From Polyangiaceae bacterium (lineage in GTDB: Bacteria > Myxococcota_A > Polyangia > Polyangiales > Polyangiaceae), in the NCBI GenBank assembly GCA_035063585.1, contig JAPSGB010000001.1:64001-128000 (forward strand): 64,000 nucleotides of DNA, in the 5' to 3' direction. Position numbers and translations under genes: made by a program. Below, piece after piece: positions 1 through 9,422 of this stretch (position 1 is the first letter of the stretch; the number at the start of each line of letters is the position of its first letter). The notes under the pieces are model-generated. The model was not told where the DNA came from. It was given only the letters and a program-made list of their open reading frames with translations, and made no database searches.

Positions 1-397
1 CGAGCGACACGGCGCGCATGACGAGCGCGCGCGGCGCGCTCGGTTCACGCGAGCAGAGACGCCCGAGCCCGAACGCGGCCCACGCGACCACGTCGGGGTC
101 CTCGTCGCCGAGCGCCCCGCGCAGGAGCGCCGCGGAACGCGGGTCAGCCGTGCGCGCGAGCGCGCGCGCGGCGAGCCGCCGCACCCGAACCGCGCGCGCC
201 GCGAGATCGGCGGCGGTCACGCTCGCCGCGTCGCGGCGCGCCTCGGCGGCGGCGAGCGCCGTCTCACGGCTGTCCGGCGAAGACGGCGCGGACGCGCTCG
301 GCGCGGCGCTCGAGGAGGGCGCGGGCGACGGCGCGCCGTTCGAGCGGCACCCGCCGAGGCCCGCGACGAGCGCGAGCGTGAGCGCGCCGCGCCTCAT
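1..397 (-). CDS. HEAT-repeat-like lipoprotein, N-terminal part (runs off the window)
   Basis: Manual translation from ATG 397: MRRGALTLALVAGLGGC (lipobox), Ser/Pro/Ala linker, then HEAT-like segments VRRLAARALAR and ALGDEDPDVVAWAAFGLG. ATGA overlap with the upstream gene. Confidence 0.7.
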   Translation of the reverse strand, partial: MRRGALTLALVAGLGGCRSNGAPSPAPSSSAAPSASAPSSPDSRETALAAAEARRDAASVTAADLAARAVRVRRLAARALARTADPRSAALLRGALGDEDPDVVAWAAFGLGRLCSREPSAPRALVMRAVSL

Positions 398-864
398 CGC
401 CGCGCTCCGAGCCAAGCGCTCACGCGCTCGCGCGCGCCGCGCGAGAGCGCGCGCGCGAGCGGGGCGGGCGGAGAGAGCGCCGGGAGCCCGAGCGCGTCGA
501 CGCCGACCGCGCGGAAGCTCGCGAGCGCGCGCGGCAAATGAAAGTCGCAGGTCACCAGCGCGACGCGCTCGGCGCGGCGCTCGAGGAGCAGCCGCGCCGA
601 GTAGCGCGCGTTCTCCGAGGTGGTCACCGAGCAGCGCTCGGCCACGATGAGCTCGGGCGGGACGTCGAGGCGCTCGAGCTCGCGCGCGAGCGCGTCCGCC
701 TCGGGCACGCCCCACCAGCGCCGGCCGCCGCTCACCAGCACCCAGGGCGCGACACCCTCGCGATACGCGCGCGCGGCGCGGGCCGCGCGCCGCCGAGCGG
801 CCGGACCCGGCTCGCCGCCGGGCTCGATCCGACACCCGAGCAGCACGATCGCGTCGGCGGTCAC
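394..864 (-). CDS. YdcF/DUF218 (ElyC/SanA-like) family protein
   Basis: AIVLLG, VLVSGG, E..S.TT.ENA and LVTCDFHLPRA motifs. GTG start at 864 chosen within ORF 394..1107. Confidence 0.85.
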   Translation of the reverse strand: MTADAIVLLGCRIEPGGEPGPAARRRAARAARAYREGVAPWVLVSGGRRWWGVPEADALARELERLDVPPELIVAERCSVTTSENARYSARLLLERRAERVALVTCDFHLPRALASFRAVGVDALGLPALSPPAPLARALSRGARERVSAWLGARR

Positions 865-980
865 CGCCGCCCTATACCGCGGCCGCGGGGCCGCTTCATC
901 CCGAGGGAGGGCGGGGGCGCGGGGGCGCGCGCGAGAACTCGGCCCGCTTGCCGCGAGCGGCGCTATCCTTTGCGGCCCCG

Positions 981-2924
981 ATGCCTGAGGTCCGCGCTCC
1001 CGCCCGCCGCACGAAGCTCGCGCTCGTGACGGCCGCGCTCGCGCTCGCCGGCGGCGCGAGCTACTCGCTCGTGCGCTCGGAGGCGGCGCCGGTCGCGGCG
1101 CCGGCACCCGCGCGGCCCCAGGCGCGCCCGGCCGGTTCCGCGCCGGACCAACCTCGAGGAGCCCCCGAAGCCAAGGACGACGACGACGACGCGGAGCGCC
1201 CGCTCAAGATGCCGGACGGTCATCCGGCGCGGGTCGGCTGCCGGGACGCGCGGCGCGTCATCACGCAGGTTCACGCGCGCATCGCGCAGCCGCTCGGGAG
1301 CCCGCGCGCAGCCGCGGTGAGCGACGCGCTCGTCGGCTGGCTCGATCCGCACGGCCTCTGGTCGGCGGCGCCCGACGCACCGACCGCGCGGGCGGCGCGC
1401 CGGCTCGCGCCCGCGCTGATCGAGGAGGTCGAGCGCTCGCCGCGCGACGCCTCCGACTGCGCGGCCGCGCGCGAGGTCGGCCGCTTGGCGCAGGCGTGGG
1501 TGTCCGAGCTGCGGGTGATCTTCGATCACGCCGCGACGCGCGCGCCGAGGCTCTCGCGCGCCCAGGCGCTCGCGCTCGCGAGCGAGTCGGTGTTCGAGGA
1601 CGATCCGGTGACGCGGCCCGGGCGCGAGCTCGCGCGGCTGCTCGGAGAGCGCGCGGGCGCCTTCGAGAAGGCGTTCGGCGAGCCGGGGACGGCCGCATTT
1701 CACGCGGCGAGCGAGCGGCTCTTGCCGACCATGAGCCTCGACGACTGGACCGCGGTGGTGCTCGCCGCGGCGGTGCGCGCCTACGTGCCCGCGCTCGACG
1801 CGCACAGCCAGTGGGCGCCGCTCGATGAGGAGTGGTCGCTCTACGCGGCGGACGCCGCCACCGATCCGGGCCCGCGGCTCTGGGGCGAGATCATGCGGAC
1901 GCCTGTCGGCGTGCGGATCGTGAGCGAGCCCGCGCCGCCGCTCCGCGCGGGCGACGTGGTGCTCGGCGTGGGCGGCATCGCGACCGCCGGGCTCAGCGTG
2001 GAGCAGGTCGAGCAGCTCGCGCAGCTCGAGGCGGTCGGCGCCGAGACCGCTCGCCCGGTCACCGTGGTGCGCGCCGGGGACGCGCGCGTCGAGCGGCTCT
2101 CGGTTACACTACCGCCCGAGAGCGACGAGCCGCCACCCCTCGCGCTCGCCTCGAGCCGAGTGCCCTACGCGGGCGGGAGCGTGCTGGTCGTGAGCTTGCC
2201 GGACGTCCCCGACGGGCTCGGCGAGGAGCTGTCCGAGCTGGTCGCAGCGAGCCGCGACGCGCCTCCGCTCGCCATCTTGCTCGATCTGCGCGGTAACGGC
2301 GGCGGCTCCACCGACGGCGCGGCCGGCGCCATCGGCGTGTTCCTGCCGGGCGCGCCGAGCTTCCCGTATCGCCATCGCGGCGGCGCGATCGAGATCCAGC
2401 GCGCGCTCTCGCCCGCGCCGTCCGGCATCTGGCGCGGCCCGGTCGCCGCGCTGGTCGACGGCTACACGGCGAGCGCCGCCGAGATGATCGCGGGCGCGCT
2501 CGAGGCTTATGACCGCGGCACCGTGGTCGGCGCGCGCACCTTCGGCAAGGGCTGCATCCAGGAGTACTTCGATGATCGTCCTGGGGTGGGCGTGCTCCGG
2601 CTCACCACCATGCTCTACGCGCTCCCCGACGGCTCACCCGTGCAGCATGTCGGCGTGACGCCCGAGCTCCCGCTGCCCATGCCGAGCACCCGCGATCGCG
2701 AAGCGACGCTGCCCGGCACGCTCGCCTCCTGGCGCGGCCCCGACATCCGCGACCGCGCCGGGATCGGCGGCCCCGCCTGGCCCGCGCACCACGGCAAGGT
2801 CGGGCCCTGCGAGGAGCCGATGCTCTGCGCCGCGCTCCGCCGCCTCGGCGCACAGGCGGTCGCCTCGCTCGGCCACCCGCGCCCAGCCGCACGCGCGCCG
2901 AGGAGCGGCTCGGCCGCTCCGTGA
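981..2924 (+). CDS. S41 family carboxyl-terminal processing protease with PDZ-like region
   Basis: LDLRGNGGG, TASAAE (catalytic Ser), TFGKG (catalytic Lys), GVTP; N-terminal membrane anchor. Confidence 0.9.
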   Translation: MPEVRAPARRTKLALVTAALALAGGASYSLVRSEAAPVAAPAPARPQARPAGSAPDQPRGAPEAKDDDDDAERPLKMPDGHPARVGCRDARRVITQVHARIAQPLGSPRAAAVSDALVGWLDPHGLWSAAPDAPTARAARRLAPALIEEVERSPRDASDCAAAREVGRLAQAWVSELRVIFDHAATRAPRLSRAQALALASESVFEDDPVTRPGRELARLLGERAGAFEKAFGEPGTAAFHAASERLLPTMSLDDWTAVVLAAAVRAYVPALDAHSQWAPLDEEWSLYAADAATDPGPRLWGEIMRTPVGVRIVSEPAPPLRAGDVVLGVGGIATAGLSVEQVEQLAQLEAVGAETARPVTVVRAGDARVERLSVTLPPESDEPPPLALASSRVPYAGGSVLVVSLPDVPDGLGEELSELVAASRDAPPLAILLDLRGNGGGSTDGAAGAIGVFLPGAPSFPYRHRGGAIEIQRALSPAPSGIWRGPVAALVDGYTASAAEMIAGALEAYDRGTVVGARTFGKGCIQEYFDDRPGVGVLRLTTMLYALPDGSPVQHVGVTPELPLPMPSTRDREATLPGTLASWRGPDIRDRAGIGGPAWPAHHGKVGPCEEPMLCAALRRLGAQAVASLGHPRPAARAPRSGSAAP

Positions 2925-3011
2925 CCGCGCGCCCCGCCGCGGTCCCGCCCGCCGCTCGGGTGTCGGTCCGGCGCGGCCGGCGGCGCGCCCCGCCGGAGCG
3001 CGCGCGCAGCC

Positions 3012-3045
3012 TTGTCATTTTGGCAAGTGGTTTGTCATATTTGCA
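3012..3045. promoter_or_regulatory. Tandem candidate operator sites upstream of pcnB
   Basis: TTGTCATTTTGGCA (3012-3025) and TTGTCATATTTGCA (3032-3045): 12/14 identical, 20 bp period, AT-rich patch in GC-rich DNA. Confidence 0.5.
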
Positions 3046-3191
3046 CGAGCCCCTGGCGCGCCGCCAGTTCCGGCCGGGTCGCGAAGGCGCGACTGGTTTC
3101 CGCGCGGCTTGCCTGCTAAACGCCTGCGAGCGGTCGAGCCGCGCCCGTTTCCGCGCCGGACCGACCCCCATCCTCCCGAAGTCTCTCGACC

Positions 3192-4580
3192 TTGACTGAA
3201 GATCCGGCCGACCCCGCCCCGCGCGCGGGCGCCTCCAGCCCTCGTCCGCGGCGCACGCGCGGCACCGATGCCCGGCGGCGCGCGAGCGCGCGCGAGCCCC
3301 TCTACTCGGAGGACGACCTCCCGCGCGTGGTCATCGAGAAGGTCCACGAGGTCGAGCCGCTCGTGTATCCGGTCGAGCTCGACGACGCGCGCGTCGACGA
3401 CGACGCCGCGAAGGTGGTGAAGCGGCTCGTCCGGCACGGCTACGAGGCCTACCTGGTGGGCGGCTGCGTGCGCGATCTCCTGGTCGGTCGCTCCCCGAAG
3501 GACTTCGACGTGGCGACCAGCGCGCGCCCCGACGACGTGCGGCGGCTGTTTCGGAACTCGCGGATCATCGGGCGGCGCTTCCGCCTGGTGCACGTGCTCT
3601 TCGGCGGCGGAAAGGTGATCGAGACGGCGACCTTCCGCCGCGCGCCCGAACAGGGCGACGCGAAGAACGGCGAGGAGCTGCTCATCCGCAACGACAACGT
3701 GTTCGGCGAGGCGCACGAGGACGCGCTCCGCCGCGATCTGCGGATCAACGGGCTCTTCTATGATCTCGAGGCGCGCCGCGTGCTCGACTGGGTCGACGGG
3801 ATGCCGGACATCCAGCAGCGCACCGTGCGCACCATCGGCGACCCGACCGTCCGCTTCCTCGAAGATCCGGTGCGGATCCTCCGCGCGATCAAGTTCAGCG
3901 CGCGGCTCGACTTCGGGATCTCCCCGGAGGTCTACGACGCCATCGTGCAGTGTCGCGGGTCACTCGCCATGGCGGCGCGCCCGCGGCTCTTCGAGGAGCT
4001 GCTCCGGCTCCTGCGCGGCGGCGCGGCGCACCGTTCGATCTGGCTGGCGTGGGAGACCGGCGTGCTCGACGTGCTCCTGCCCGAGCTCTCGGCGTTCCTC
4101 TCCGACGCGCAGGACGACGACGGCGCCGCGTGGCGCATCCTCAGCGCGATCGATCGCCTCACCCTCGAGCGCGGCGCGCCCTTCGACGACGTCGTGCTCT
4201 GCACCGCGCTCTTGCTCGAGCCGATGCGCGAGGCCTGCGCCGGCGAGCGCGACCGCATGGAAGCCGCCTTCGAGTTCCTGGAGCCGGTGGGTGATCGGCT
4301 GAACATCCCGCGGCGCATCGCCGACTCCATGCGGCGCATCGTCGCGCTCTTGCCGCGGCTCGAGGGCGGCCGCACCGGCCGCTTCACCAAGACGCCGATT
4401 TATCCGCTCGCGATGGACGTCCTCGAGCTCAGCCAGCTCGCCCGCGAGCTCGGAGCCCGCGCCGACGGCGCGGGCGAAGAGCGCGCCGGCCGCGACGCAG
4501 ACGACGAGCGCGCGACCGCGCGCGCGCCGAGCAAGCGGCGCCGCCGCCGGCCGCGCCGAACCGACCCCCCCGAGAGCTGA
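3192..4580 (+). CDS. pcnB: Poly(A) polymerase (polynucleotide adenylyltransferase)
   Basis: LVGGCVRDLL..DFDVAT, PAP signature IIGRRFRLVHV, RRDLRIN, EDPVRILRAIKF, Arg-rich C-terminal tail. TTG start. Confidence 0.88.
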   Translation: MTEDPADPAPRAGASSPRPRRTRGTDARRRASAREPLYSEDDLPRVVIEKVHEVEPLVYPVELDDARVDDDAAKVVKRLVRHGYEAYLVGGCVRDLLVGRSPKDFDVATSARPDDVRRLFRNSRIIGRRFRLVHVLFGGGKVIETATFRRAPEQGDAKNGEELLIRNDNVFGEAHEDALRRDLRINGLFYDLEARRVLDWVDGMPDIQQRTVRTIGDPTVRFLEDPVRILRAIKFSARLDFGISPEVYDAIVQCRGSLAMAARPRLFEELLRLLRGGAAHRSIWLAWETGVLDVLLPELSAFLSDAQDDDGAAWRILSAIDRLTLERGAPFDDVVLCTALLLEPMREACAGERDRMEAAFEFLEPVGDRLNIPRRIADSMRRIVALLPRLEGGRTGRFTKTPIYPLAMDVLELSQLARELGARADGAGEERAGRDADDERATARAPSKRRRRRPRRTDPPES

Positions 4581-4593
4581 GCGCGCGGCGGCC

Positions 4594-4618
4594 CGCGCCG
4601 GGTTCGAGCCGGCGCGGC
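4594..4618. terminator. GC-rich hairpin between convergent genes (possible terminator)
   Basis: CCGCGCCGG-gttcgag-CCGGCGCGG inverted repeat, no U-tract. Coordinates approximate. Confidence 0.35.
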
Positions 4619-4632
4619 TGGCTCGCGGCGGC

Positions 4633-5646
4633 TCAGTTCAGGTTGTACTCGACGCGTAGGAGCTGGCGGCCGATGAACACGAAATCACCGTTCGCGAGCT
4701 CGCGCTCGGCCTTGACCCGGACGTAGGTGCCGTTGCGGCTGTCGTGGTCGGTGAGCGTGAACCTGCCGTCGCGCTCCTCGATGGTGCAGTGCTTGCTCGA
4801 CATGTAGACGTCCGACGGAAAATTGAGGTCGCCGTCCTCGCGGCCGATGTTGAGCGCGCTCCCGCGCGCGCACACCGACATGCCGACCGCGCCGCCCTCG
4901 AGGAGCTGGTTCACGCGGAACGCGCTCGGGTACTTCGGCGACGAATAGAAGAAGGTGCCGTCCTGATCGGCGCCGTCGGAGGACTTCGGGGTCGGATCGA
5001 CGCGGAACACCTCTTCGCCGAGCAGGAAGGTGTCGCCCGGCGCGAGCTCGACGCTGCCGCGCACGCGGATGTACACGCCGTTCAGCGAGCCCTCGTCACG
5101 GATCACGAGCTTGCCGTCGCGATAGAAGAAGTTCGCGTGCTTCGGGGAGACGTAGGGATCGTTCGGGAACTCGAGCTGCCCCTGGCGCCCGACGAGGTGC
5201 TCGTCGGCGGCCAGGTGGAAGATGGCGCCGTCGAGGCCCTCGCCGCGGATCACGACCACGCGGGCCTTCTCGGGGTTCTGCAGCTCGTTGAAGTAGTTCA
5301 CCTGCAGCGTGAGGATCTCGTCCGGCACCGGCTGCCCGCAGCGGCCGCAGAACTTGTGACCGCTCGGCACGGGGGTCATGCACGAGTTACAGACGTAGTG
5401 CTTGGCTTGATCCATCAGCTCCTCCTCCGAAAGCCCACCGACCGACGGGCCCGGACCTCGGCGTGCCGAGCCTTGATCGAATTTCCCCGAATGGGAACCC
5501 GGTTCGTCACGCGGGGGCGGCTGCGAGGGCAGGCCGCCCTCCAGCACGAGCGCCGTCCCGCAGCCGGGGCAGGACCGCGTCATCATCGGGCTAAAGGCGT
5601 CGCAGCGCCCGCAGACGATGCCAATCTCGAGCGCGCTCGTCGCCAT
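4633..5646 (-). CDS. Double zinc-ribbon plus tandem FHA domain protein
   Basis: CxxC pairs (CGRC/CPGC, CNSC/CGRC) and two FHA cores (GR..SPKHA..SLNG; GR..SSKHC..SRNG). Confidence 0.9.
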   Translation of the reverse strand: MATSALEIGIVCGRCDAFSPMMTRSCPGCGTALVLEGGLPSQPPPRDEPGSHSGKFDQGSARRGPGPSVGGLSEEELMDQAKHYVCNSCMTPVPSGHKFCGRCGQPVPDEILTLQVNYFNELQNPEKARVVVIRGEGLDGAIFHLAADEHLVGRQGQLEFPNDPYVSPKHANFFYRDGKLVIRDEGSLNGVYIRVRGSVELAPGDTFLLGEEVFRVDPTPKSSDGADQDGTFFYSSPKYPSAFRVNQLLEGGAVGMSVCARGSALNIGREDGDLNFPSDVYMSSKHCTIEERDGRFTLTDHDSRNGTYVRVKAERELANGDFVFIGRQLLRVEYNLN

Positions 5647-5658
5647 CCGGGGTGATCC

Positions 5659-5687
5659 AGGGTACGGGGCTCGATCGAGGCTGGCAA
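5659..5687 (-). promoter_or_regulatory. Candidate sigma70-type promoter of the FHA gene
   Basis: TTGCCA-N17-TACCCT, 12 nt before ATG 5646. Confidence 0.45.
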
Positions 5688-5695
5688 GCCGAGCG

Positions 5696-6340
5696 CTAGC
5701 GGAGAAACTCGAAGCGCCGGCCGTCGTCGAAGAAGCCGTTCCGGCCTACTAGCCGGAAGAGCACCGTCTCCGCGCAGCTGGCGCGCTCCACCGTGCCGAA
5801 ATCACGAGAATCATACGGGAATAGTCGATTGTCGCTGACCAGGTACACCTTCCCCGGGGCGACCTTCGTCTGGCGCTGCTGCGGGGCCAGCTTGCTGTCC
5901 CCGCGTCCGCCGCGCATCGAGGTGTGACCGGCGAGCTCCTCCACCGAACAGGGCTGGGTGACCTCGCGCCCGGTCCGCGGCTCTTTCGCGACGAACGTCT
6001 GCTCGGTGCAGGAGCGCTCCGTCCCGGAGGCCTTGCCGTTCACGATGACCCGATCGCCGTCCACCGTGATGTCGTCACCCTCCTCGCCGTAGAGCCGCCC
6101 GATCACCATGCGGCCGGGCGCGTTCGGCTCCGGGCACATCACGAGATCGCCGAACGAGGGCTTGGTCGCCCGCCAGAGGATGATGACGTCCCCGCCCTCG
6201 AGGGTAGGGGCGACCGAGGCCTCGAGGTACGGGTCATTTTCAGGGACCGTCCACCAGCGCAGCAAGAACCCCCGCGCCAGCCCGATGAGCGCGCCGACGA
6301 TCACGGCCGTCCAGGCGAGAAAGCGGGCGAGTTTTCTCAT
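5696..6340 (-). CDS. Signal peptidase I (S26)-like protein, catalytic Lys replaced by Gly
   Basis: N-terminal TM helix, SVAPTLEGGD (box B), GDLV, VIGRLYGEEGD (box D, normally IKRV.G.PGD), SDNR..DSRDFG (box E). Confidence 0.85.
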   Translation of the reverse strand: MRKLARFLAWTAVIVGALIGLARGFLLRWWTVPENDPYLEASVAPTLEGGDVIILWRATKPSFGDLVMCPEPNAPGRMVIGRLYGEEGDDITVDGDRVIVNGKASGTERSCTEQTFVAKEPRTGREVTQPCSVEELAGHTSMRGGRGDSKLAPQQRQTKVAPGKVYLVSDNRLFPYDSRDFGTVERASCAETVLFRLVGRNGFFDDGRRFEFLR

Positions 6341-6389
6341 GGCGCGCCCGAAATCGTAGCGCACCCGGCAGACGCGGGCACTTTCTCGC

Positions 6390-7232
6390 CTACTCGCAGC
6401 CGGCGATGGGCGGGAGCTCCGCCAGGCTCGCGCCCTCCGACACCAGCTTCGCCGCGGCGAACACCGGGCGCCAGCGATCGAGCCGGGTGAAGACGGAGGG
6501 CCCGGTCGTCTGCTCGGTCGTGTCCATCACGCTCCTCGAGATGACGCCGACGACCGCGCCCGTCTCGAGGTCGAGCGCGGGCCCACCCGAGTCCCCCGGG
6601 CAGATCGAGGCCTCGACGCGAAAACGGGTGGCGTCGACCTGCCCTATGGGCCCTCCTAGGCGCTGGCGCCGGCGGATCCCGTCGGCCGACCGCGCGCAGC
6701 GGCCGAACCCGACCGGGCGGATCTCCTCGCCCGCGCGCGGCTCGTGCTCGAGCGCCGGCGCGCGGGTGGCGACGCCGGTGAGCCGGCGCTCGAGCACCAG
6801 GATGGCGATGTCCCCGCGGTTCGCGGCGTAGCCGCAGGCCGGCGCGACCACCGCGCGCACCCGGACCTCACCCCAGGGCAGGTAGTCCCCTCCGAGCTCC
6901 ACGCGCAGCCGCTCCGGCTCGACGTCGCGCGGCAGCATGTCGCCGCGGGCGTCACGCGCGCTGACGCAGTGATGCGCGGTGAGCACCTGATCCTCCTCGA
7001 TGAGCGTGCCGGTGCAGGTCACGCCGTCCGCCACCACGCGCACCACCGCGTCGTCCTCGCTGGCAAGCGAGAGCGGGGGCGCGCGCTCGAGCTCGCGGCT
7101 CGCGCCATCGGGAGACGCGGCGGGCAGCGCGGGCGGCAGCTGGCTCGGCCTCGCGCCGAGACGCGCGCACCCGACGCCAGCGGAAGCTCCGGCGAGCACC
7201 AGCGCGGTCGCAGCGCGGCGGAAAACGGGCAT
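6390..7232 (-). CDS. Secreted or lipoprotein trypsin-like serine protease (S1)
   Basis: LTAHHC, DIAIL and GDSGGP triad motifs; signal peptide ending AGVGC. Start could instead be 7263. Confidence 0.88.
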   Translation of the reverse strand: MPVFRRAATALVLAGASAGVGCARLGARPSQLPPALPAASPDGASRELERAPPLSLASEDDAVVRVVADGVTCTGTLIEEDQVLTAHHCVSARDARGDMLPRDVEPERLRVELGGDYLPWGEVRVRAVVAPACGYAANRGDIAILVLERRLTGVATRAPALEHEPRAGEEIRPVGFGRCARSADGIRRRQRLGGPIGQVDATRFRVEASICPGDSGGPALDLETGAVVGVISRSVMDTTEQTTGPSVFTRLDRWRPVFAAAKLVSEGASLAELPPIAGCE

Positions 7233-7296
7233 CAGCCGCTCATATCCTAGCTCACCCGTCATCTGCCTGCGCTCACCATCGACAGCACGATCCATG

Positions 7297-7325
7297 ATCG
7301 ACACCGCTCCCCGGAAGGAAGTTCC
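7297..7325 (-). promoter_or_regulatory. Candidate ECF (RpoE-like) promoter
   Basis: GGAACTT-N16-GTCGAT upstream of the S1 protease. Confidence 0.4.
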
Positions 7326-7414
7326 GACACCGCACGGCGCGCCCGGCTTGGATGTTTGTGTCGGTCCGGCGCGAAGCCGAGTGGGTCGATGTCGGCGCAG
7401 GTGCGCTCCCGGCG

Positions 7415-8500
7415 TCAGGGCGCGAGCACGAGATCGTCTTTGTGCACGACGACGAGCTCCGCGGCGCGCGCGCCGAACCGCGCCTCGAGCTCCGCGCCCT
7501 TGAGGCCGGCGGCGCGCGCGACGTCGAGCGCGCCGAGTCGAGTGAGCCCGCGCCCCACCTCGACGTCGCGCCGGTCGACCAGGCGCACCGAGTCGCCGGG
7601 GTTGAACTGGCCGCGCACCCCGACCACGCCGACCGGTAAGAGGCTGCTCCGACCGCTTGCGAGCGCGCGGACCGCGCCGTCGTCGAGCAGCACCGTGCCG
7701 CTCGGCCGGAGCGTGTACGCGATCCAGTGTTTTCGCGCGCGGAGCGCGGTATCGCTGGGGCAAAAGAGCGTGCCGACGTCCGCGCCGCCGGCCGCGTCGC
7801 GCAAGACCCCCGGGCGAGCAGCCCTCGCGATGACCACCCAGGCCCCGGCTCGAGCGGCCTTGCGCGCAGCGTCGATCTTGCTCGCGATCCCGCCGCTGCC
7901 GACGCTCCGCGCGGCCGGAAGCGCGCCGATCTCGACGCCGTCCTTCATCACCGGGATGCGTGCGCCGGAGGCGTCGAGGACGCCCTCGACGTCGGTGAGC
8001 AGCACGAGCAGCTCGGCGCCGACCAGCGGCACCACCATCGCCGCGAGCTGGTCATTGTCGCCGAAGTGGATCTCCTCGGTGGCGACGGTGTCGTTCTCGT
8101 TGATGATCGGCACCGCGCCTGCCTCGAGGAGCGCCGCCAGCGCCTCGCGCGCGTTGTTCAGGCGCTCGCGATGCGCGAGGTCGGCGTGGGTGAGCAGGAC
8201 CTGCGCGACGGTGAGGCCGTGCCCCGAGAAGGCCTCGTCCCAGCAGCGCATGAGCTCACTCTGTCCGGCGGCGGCTGCGGCTTGCAGCCGCGCCATCTCG
8301 CGCGGGCGCGCGCGATAACCGAGCCGGCGCCAACCCATCGCGATGGCGCCGCTCGACACCACCACGATCGAGCGCCCCTGCCGCGTGAGCTCGGCGACCT
8401 CCGCGGCGAACGCGTCGAGGAACGCCGGGGCTTCGGCGAGCGTGCGCGAGCCGAGCTTGACGACCACGTGGCGCGCTTCGGCGAGTCGGTCCCGGGCCAT
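7415..8500 (-). CDS. proB: Glutamate 5-kinase
   Basis: VVKLGS, VSSGAIAMG, AAAGQ, INENDTV, GDNDQLAA, C-terminal PUA domain. Confidence 0.95.
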   Translation of the reverse strand: MARDRLAEARHVVVKLGSRTLAEAPAFLDAFAAEVAELTRQGRSIVVVSSGAIAMGWRRLGYRARPREMARLQAAAAAGQSELMRCWDEAFSGHGLTVAQVLLTHADLAHRERLNNAREALAALLEAGAVPIINENDTVATEEIHFGDNDQLAAMVVPLVGAELLVLLTDVEGVLDASGARIPVMKDGVEIGALPAARSVGSGGIASKIDAARKAARAGAWVVIARAARPGVLRDAAGGADVGTLFCPSDTALRARKHWIAYTLRPSGTVLLDDGAVRALASGRSSLLPVGVVGVRGQFNPGDSVRLVDRRDVEVGRGLTRLGALDVARAAGLKGAELEARFGARAAELVVVHKDDLVLAP

Positions 8501-8537
8501 GGTGCGGCCCGCACCTTTGACAGCGCCCGCCGCGGCG

Positions 8538-9422
8538 TCAAGCAGGAGCGAGCGGCGCGAGCTCGACGATCGGCGCCCCGAGCTCGAGCGCCACCTCGAC
8601 GAGCGCGCTCGGATCGCCGGCGGCACCGACCTCGACGACGAGCCGCGCGCCGTCGGGCGAGGCCCGCGTGGGCGCGAAGCCGCGCTCGGCGAGCGCGGCG
8701 GCGAAGGCCGCGGCGTGGCGCGTCACCCGCACGAGGTAGCGCGGGGCCCGCCCGAGCGCGGTCTCTGCCGAGCCCTCCGCGACCACGCGCCCGGCCTGGA
8801 GCACGATGACCTCGCCGAGCGCGTCGAGGAGGTTCTTGGCGGCGCCGGTCGCCGGAGCGGTCTCGACGCTCACGATGAGCCGGTGCCGCGCGCGCGCGCG
8901 CTCGAGCACCGCGAGCATCGCCTGCTCGGCGGGCTCGTCGAGCCCGGCGAGCGGAGCCTCGACCGCGAGCACCGGCGGCGCGCCGAGCGCGGCCTCGGCG
9001 AGCGAGCAGGCGCGCCGCTCGAAGGGCGTGAGCGACGAGCAAGGGCGAGCGGCGAGCGCGGTGAGCCCGAGCTCCTCGAGCGCGCGGCTCACCTCGGCGC
9101 GCGCGCCGCGCGCCGGGACCCCGGCGAGGCGCGCGGCGTAGGCGAGCCATCTTCGAACCTCCCACGCGGGGGGCCGCGCCGCGCTGCGCGGCGCGAGTCC
9201 CACCCGACCGCTCGACGCGGCGAGCCGCGCGGGCGCGCCGCCGATCTCCGCCCGTCCCGAGGCGAGCGTGGCCTGCCCGCCGAGCAGCGCGAAGAGCGGC
9301 GACCACGCGCCCACCAAGCCGAGCTCGGGCGCGGAGCTCCCGCACGACACCCCGTCGAGGAGCACCGCGCCGCCGGCGTCGATGCGCGCCGCGTCGAGGA
9401 GGAGGAGCGGCGCGTCGCTCAT
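8538..9422 (-). CDS. Degenerate ABC-transporter ATP-binding-like protein
   Basis: ABC layout retained (P.AGLD, VIVLQAGRVVAEG) but Walker A, signature, Walker B and H-switch are all altered. Confidence 0.7.
   Translation of the reverse strand: MSDAPLLLLDAARIDAGGAVLLDGVSCGSSAPELGLVGAWSPLFALLGGQATLASGRAEIGGAPARLAASSGRVGLAPRSAARPPAWEVRRWLAYAARLAGVPARGARAEVSRALEELGLTALAARPCSSLTPFERRACSLAEAALGAPPVLAVEAPLAGLDEPAEQAMLAVLERARARHRLIVSVETAPATGAAKNLLDALGEVIVLQAGRVVAEGSAETALGRAPRYLVRVTRHAAAFAAALAERGFAPTRASPDGARLVVEVGAAGDPSALVEVALELGAPIVELAPLAPA

Noticed and set aside
3020..3036. Sigma54 promoter TGGCAAGTGGTTTGT upstream of pcnB
   Set aside because: The -12 position is GT rather than GC; better explained as part of the tandem repeat sites.
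3192..4580. CCA-, CC- or A-adding enzyme (both tRNAs lack a full encoded CCA)
   Set aside because: The PAP-specific GRRF.L.HV signature is present, favouring poly(A) polymerase.
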